Positions 18,505-20,286 of a stretch of 20,286 nucleotides of DNA are shown piece after piece. The stretch lies in sequence record SRR22947727_4282. The stretch is one strand, 5' to 3'. A model generated the notes under the pieces. It was given only the letters and a program-made list of their open reading frames with translations. It had not been told where the DNA came from and made no database searches. Position numbers and translations under genes: made by a program. The stretch's first letter is position 1; each line of letters starts with the position of its first letter.

Positions 18505-19089
18505 ATGGATGGCGAATTTAGGACAGAGTTTGTGCGTGAACCCTCTGCATTAAAGCAACATCCAGCACTGGTTTTGAATGCTGATTACCGACCATTATCG
18601 TATTACCCTTTATCGTTGTGGTGTTGGCAAGATGCCGTGAAAGCTGCCTATATGGATCGGGTCGATATCGTGGCGGAATATGATCATTATGTTCACAGTC
18701 CAACCATTCGCTTTCGAATACCCTCGGTTGTGGTTCTCAAAGATTATGTAAAACCTCAAAAGCGCGTGGCCTTCACGCGCTTTAATTTATTTTTGAGGGA
18801 TCATTTTTCATGCCAATATTGTGGGTCGAAAGGTGATCTAACATTTGACCATGTTGTGCCACGCGCAAGCGGGGGCGTTACAAGTTGGCAAAACGTGGTT
18901 GCGGCTTGTAGCCCCTGTAATTTGAAAAAAGGATCAAAAAGTTTAAAGCGCGCAGGAATGTCGTTGGCGCGTAAACCACGCTGTCCAGAAGCAGAAGAGC
19001 TGCGAAATGCAGGCCGCAATTTCCAGCCCAATTATCTTCATGAAAGTTGGATGGACTTTTTATATTGGGATAGTGAGCTTGAAGCTTAG
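18505..19089 (+). CDS. HNH endonuclease (McrA-like, Zn-binding)
   Basis: 194 aa, LVLNADYRPL N-terminal block, FTRFNLFLRD, CQYC, DHVVPRASGG, N..AACSPCNLKKG. Confidence 0.93.
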   Translation: MDGEFRTEFVREPSALKQHPALVLNADYRPLSYYPLSLWCWQDAVKAAYMDRVDIVAEYDHYVHSPTIRFRIPSVVVLKDYVKPQKRVAFTRFNLFLRDHFSCQYCGSKGDLTFDHVVPRASGGVTSWQNVVAACSPCNLKKGSKSLKRAGMSLARKPRCPEAEELRNAGRNFQPNYLHESWMDFLYWDSELEA

Positions 19090-19229
19090 GCCCCCCTGTG
19101 CCTAATGAGTTTTCGCACCAACCTTTTATTAATCCAGCTGCAGGGTGGGTTTTAGCGTCTTAAATTGGGGTATTTTAATACCTATATTTTAAGCAACTGT
19201 TTTCAAACGGAAATATAACCCTTATAGTG

Positions 19230-19258
19230 CTTGACCATGACAGCGCATCGCCTATAAC
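19230..19258 (+). promoter_or_regulatory. sigma70 promoter of the rplM-rpsI operon
   Basis: (C)TTGACC at 19230-19236, 16-nt spacer, TATAAC at 19253-19258; about 63 nt upstream of the rplM start. Confidence 0.7.
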
Positions 19259-19321
19259 CACACTCGATGAAGAGAAGCGGTTTGGCTTCTTTAAGTGTGA
19301 CTTATGATGGGACGATCTTTT

Positions 19322-19783
19322 ATGAAAACCTTTTCTGCTACTCCCGCAGATATTGAAAAGAAATGGATCCTGATCGACGCTGAGGGCGTTGTTCTGGGCC
19401 GTTTGGCTTCAATTGTTGCGATGCGCCTGCGCGGTAAACACAAAGCTTCTTTTACGCCTCATATGGATTGCGGCGATAATGTGATTATTATCAATGCTGA
19501 AAAAATTCAGATGACCGGTAAAAAGCGGGAAGAAAATTTTTATTGGCACACAGGGTACCCTGGTGGCATTAAATCGCGTACCAAAGCGCAAATTTTAGAA
19601 GGAGCGCATCCTGAGCGTGTGGTCGTACAAGCTGTTAAGCGGATGTTGCCCGGCAATCGTTTGAGCCGTGGATTGATGACCAATCTGCGCGTTTATGCGG
19701 GGGCAGAGCATCCCCATGAAGCGCAGGCCCCAACTGTGTTGGATGTGAAATCAATGAATCCTAAAAATACAAGGGCTGCATAA
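19322..19783 (+). CDS. rplM: 50S ribosomal protein L13
   Basis: [30 protein letters not shown]...GKHK...TPHMDCGD...HTGYPGG...HPHEAQ; ATG 19322 with GGGA upstream. Confidence 0.99.
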   Translation: MKTFSATPADIEKKWILIDAEGVVLGRLASIVAMRLRGKHKASFTPHMDCGDNVIIINAEKIQMTGKKREENFYWHTGYPGGIKSRTKAQILEGAHPERVVVQAVKRMLPGNRLSRGLMTNLRVYAGAEHPHEAQAPTVLDVKSMNPKNTRAA

Positions 19784-19785
19784 TT

Positions 19786-20274
19786 ATGACTGAAGAAATG
19801 AAATCTTTGGAAGAGCTGCAAACTGTTGGGTCAGATGCAGACGTGCAAATTGAAGTTGCCGCTCCGCGCGAGCCCATGCGCGATGCTTTGGGGCGCGCTT
19901 ATGCAACCGGCAAAAGAAAAGACGCAGTTGCGCGTGTTTGGATCAAGCCAGGCTCGGGTAAAGTGGTTGTGAATGGAAAAGAAATGAACGCCTATTTTGC
20001 GCGTCCTGTGTTACAAATGATTTTGCGTCAACCGTTTCAAGTTGCGGGCGTAGTAGATCAGTTCGACGTAAACGCGACGGTCAAAGGTGGTGGTTTATCG
20101 GGGCAGGCCGGTGCCGTGAAGCACGGTATTTCAAAGGCTTTGCAGCTTTACGAACCCGGTTTGCGTGGCGCTTTGAAATCGGCGGGATTCTTAACGCGGG
20201 ACAGCCGCGTTGTTGAACGTAAAAAATACGGTAAACGCAAAGCGCGCCGGAGCTTTCAGTTCTCGAAACGCTAA
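19786..20274 (+). CDS. rpsI: 30S ribosomal protein S9
   Basis: [43 protein letters not shown]-terminus; acidic N-terminal extension; follows rplM. Confidence 0.99.
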   Translation: MTEEMKSLEELQTVGSDADVQIEVAAPREPMRDALGRAYATGKRKDAVARVWIKPGSGKVVVNGKEMNAYFARPVLQMILRQPFQVAGVVDQFDVNATVKGGGLSGQAGAVKHGISKALQLYEPGLRGALKSAGFLTRDSRVVERKKYGKRKARRSFQFSKR

Positions 20275-20286
20275 GTTCGAACCTTC

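Noticed and set aside
18505..19089. HNH gene as a homing endonuclease, IscB/Cas9-like or restriction system
   Set aside because: Only 194 aa, no RuvC motifs, no intron/IS ends, CRISPR repeats or methyltransferase in the window
19086..19105. TTAGGC...GCCTAA hairpin at the HNH stop
   Set aside because: 6-bp stem without an adjacent U-tract; too weak to call a terminator

Overview
Densely packed, mostly core-genome segment of an alphaproteobacterium; gene content, order and protein sequences point to Rhodobacteraceae/Roseobacter group (inference). Left to right: lptD (3' end beyond the left edge, missing from the ORF track), lptG, lptF on the minus strand; divergent pepA-holC; then a clan AA aspartic protease, a MarC protein and an ABC-F ATPase (minus); ndk with a strong intrinsic terminator; a multiply frameshifted TfoX/Sxy-family pseudogene; a class I/II aminotransferase (minus); cysS, cimA and a squalene/phytoene synthase-family gene; an MFS transporter (minus); an AlkA-like glycosylase, an esterase and an HNH nuclease; and rplM-rpsI. 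I see no mobile element, CRISPR array, rRNA, tRNA or clear multi-gene novel system. The most notable observations are the hidden TfoX-like pseudogene, tandem NrdR-box-like motifs over the HNH gene promoter, a CysRS anticodon domain with substituted canonical recognition residues, and an inverted-repeat structure at the cysS-cimA junction.
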